From an uncultured Phycisphaerales bacterium (GTDB taxonomy: Bacteria; Planctomycetota; Phycisphaerae; Tepidisphaerales; Tepidisphaeraceae), in the NCBI GenBank assembly GCA_963755915.1, contig CAVWLP010000002.1:32001-96000 (forward strand): a stretch of 64,000 nt of DNA. The letters run 5' to 3'. Below are positions 62,661-64,000 of the stretch, piece after piece. Numbering within the stretch: position 1 is the first letter of the stretch; each line of letters opens with the position of its first letter. A program made the position numbers and the translations under genes. The notes under the pieces are model-generated. The model worked only from the letters and a program-made list of their open reading frames with translations. It was not told the origin of the DNA and did not search any database.

Positions 62661-62906
62661 ATTCTCCATCCCGCCTATGGCAACCGGCCTGCCGAATGTA
62701 GGCCAGCGGGACCGGGTCGTTTGGACCGAACCAGCGCAGACATTCTTCGAGTAAGTCACAATGTACGTTCACGAAATGAACCCGCACGGAAATTGCAAAC
62801 GAAGTCGCCAGCAGGCACCGGGCTTGCCGAGATCTACGTCGCATTTGACAACAGAAGGGCTCACATTCCAACTGCCAGGCACCGACCGTCGTGGGCGCGT
62901 GCTCGA

Positions 62907-63842
62907 TTAGATTTTAGCCAGCTTGATAATCCTGCCGCCCAAAATCCATTCCCCCAAATACAGATTTCCATTGGAATCCACGGCGGCTGCATGAGGGCTG
63001 TTGAATTTCCCGGGAGAGATTTGTGCGGAGGGCAGATTTGGCCAGCCTGACGAATTGCAATTTGCGTCGTTTTCTCCAATGCACGTGATGAACTGGTCGC
63101 GTTCATCCAGTATCGAGAGCCGCGCCTTCAGCTCCGGCACGTAAACAATTCCATTTCGCACAGCAAATCCGCAGGGGCTCGTCAGAAACTCCTGCCCGAA
63201 AGCCCGTTTGAATTTCCCAGCCGCGTCGTAGACCTGGATTCGCCTGTTGCTTCGGTCCGCAATATAGAGCTCCGGGCCGCCGGGCTTGGGAATGAAAGCT
63301 ATCCCATGCGGACAGGAAAATGCTCCCGCCTTCCCTTCGGTTCCATTGATGCTGCCGATATACGCACCGGAATTGCTGTAGTGATGCACGTAGTTTGCGC
63401 CATACCCGTCGGCCACCCAGACGTCGCCATTTCCTCCGAATCGTTCTTCATTCACGGCAACCCACGTCGGAACGAATCGAGCGCTGCCGCGGTAGGCGGG
63501 TATATCAGGGCGCTGAAGGCTCAAAACAGAGCGTCCATCCAGCGTCGTCTTGACGATTTCCGCGCTGGTCTGGTCCGTCAGCCAAAGCATGTGCGTATCG
63601 CCGTCTCGAACCAGGGTCATACCATGCGCTCCGATAAATCGATCTCCCCAGGCGTTTTTCAGTCTTCCCTCGGCATCAAATCGAAGCACGGCCGGCTGCG
63701 ACTGGCTGAAAATCATCACGTCTCCGCCGTCGAGAGCAACGACGCCGTGCGTGCGCCCGTTGGTTCGAGCGGATTCAGTGTCTGGAATTCGCGCCCAATT
63801 CTCGATCCATTCAAATTTGAATTCGCCTTCTCCGACTTTCAC
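62907..63842 (-). CDS. NHL-repeat beta-propeller (PAM/PAL-like) protein
   Basis: THGVV, VADGYGANYVH, CPHGIAF, YIADRSNRRIQVYD, FNSPHAAAVDSNGNLYLGEW. RBS AAGGAG precedes a GTG start. Confidence 0.85.
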   Translation of the reverse strand: MKVGEGEFKFEWIENWARIPDTESARTNGRTHGVVALDGGDVMIFSQSQPAVLRFDAEGRLKNAWGDRFIGAHGMTLVRDGDTHMLWLTDQTSAEIVKTTLDGRSVLSLQRPDIPAYRGSARFVPTWVAVNEERFGGNGDVWVADGYGANYVHHYSNSGAYIGSINGTEGKAGAFSCPHGIAFIPKPGGPELYIADRSNRRIQVYDAAGKFKRAFGQEFLTSPCGFAVRNGIVYVPELKARLSILDERDQFITCIGENDANCNSSGWPNLPSAQISPGKFNSPHAAAVDSNGNLYLGEWILGGRIIKLAKI

Positions 63843-63858
63843 CAGATGTGCTCCTTAG

Positions 63859-64000
63859 TTAAAGAGGATCACAGGTATTTCGACAACTCGTAACTGATTG
63901 CCCAATCCAAAAAAAGGCAAATCGTTCGGCCGGGATGCGAACGGGTCGGCCGCCGATCAAATAAGTCACCCAGCCTGATTCCGCGTAATTGAGTTCGATC
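63859..64000 (-). pseudogene. Truncated AraC/MelR-like regulator N-terminal domain at the window edge
   Basis: IELNYAESGWVTYLIGGRPVRIPAERFAFFW resembles the MelR-type cupin. It stops at 63859 without an HTH. Confidence 0.55.

Noticed and set aside
1635-63893. Numerous antisense or overlapping ORFs in the track (e.g. 858-1496, 14159-15007, 24243-24941, 26242-27201, 50546-51313, 53788-54795)
   Set aside because: Shadow ORFs of GC-rich real genes with no recognisable motifs.

Overview
GC-rich bacterial window whose gene content suggests a Planctomycetota genome, probably Phycisphaerae/Tepidisphaerales-like (inference). That content includes dockerin-like PEP-CTERM proteins, a prepilin/H-X9-DG protein, GntR-LacI hybrid regulators, an SSS symporter and many Gfo/Idh/MocA enzymes. 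Positions 1-2350 are the right end of a tyrosine-integrase element, with three arm-type repeats and a tRNA-Ser-like 3' fragment as att core. The rest is an accessory carbohydrate/amino-sugar/amine catabolic island. It holds nagA, nagB, solA, a D-amino-acid dehydrogenase, uncharacterised glycoside-hydrolase-like genes, an ABC-2/HEAT operon and a GntR-PEP-CTERM-pilin cassette. Two IS21 elements have intact ends and target duplications. Most notable: (1) a candidate SusC/D-independent surface glycan-capture locus built from modular PEP-CTERM proteins plus a pilin-like protein; (2) a shared operator-like motif GGTAWAWTATCC at four sigma70-like promoters; (3) an 88-nt structured element with a compensatory base-pair change inside the 3' tail of istB in both divergent IS21s. 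Many genes are split by single-base indels, which most likely are long-read sequencing errors. Short gene scars at operon junctions look like genuine deletion debris. All calls are from visual motif recognition; no database search was run.
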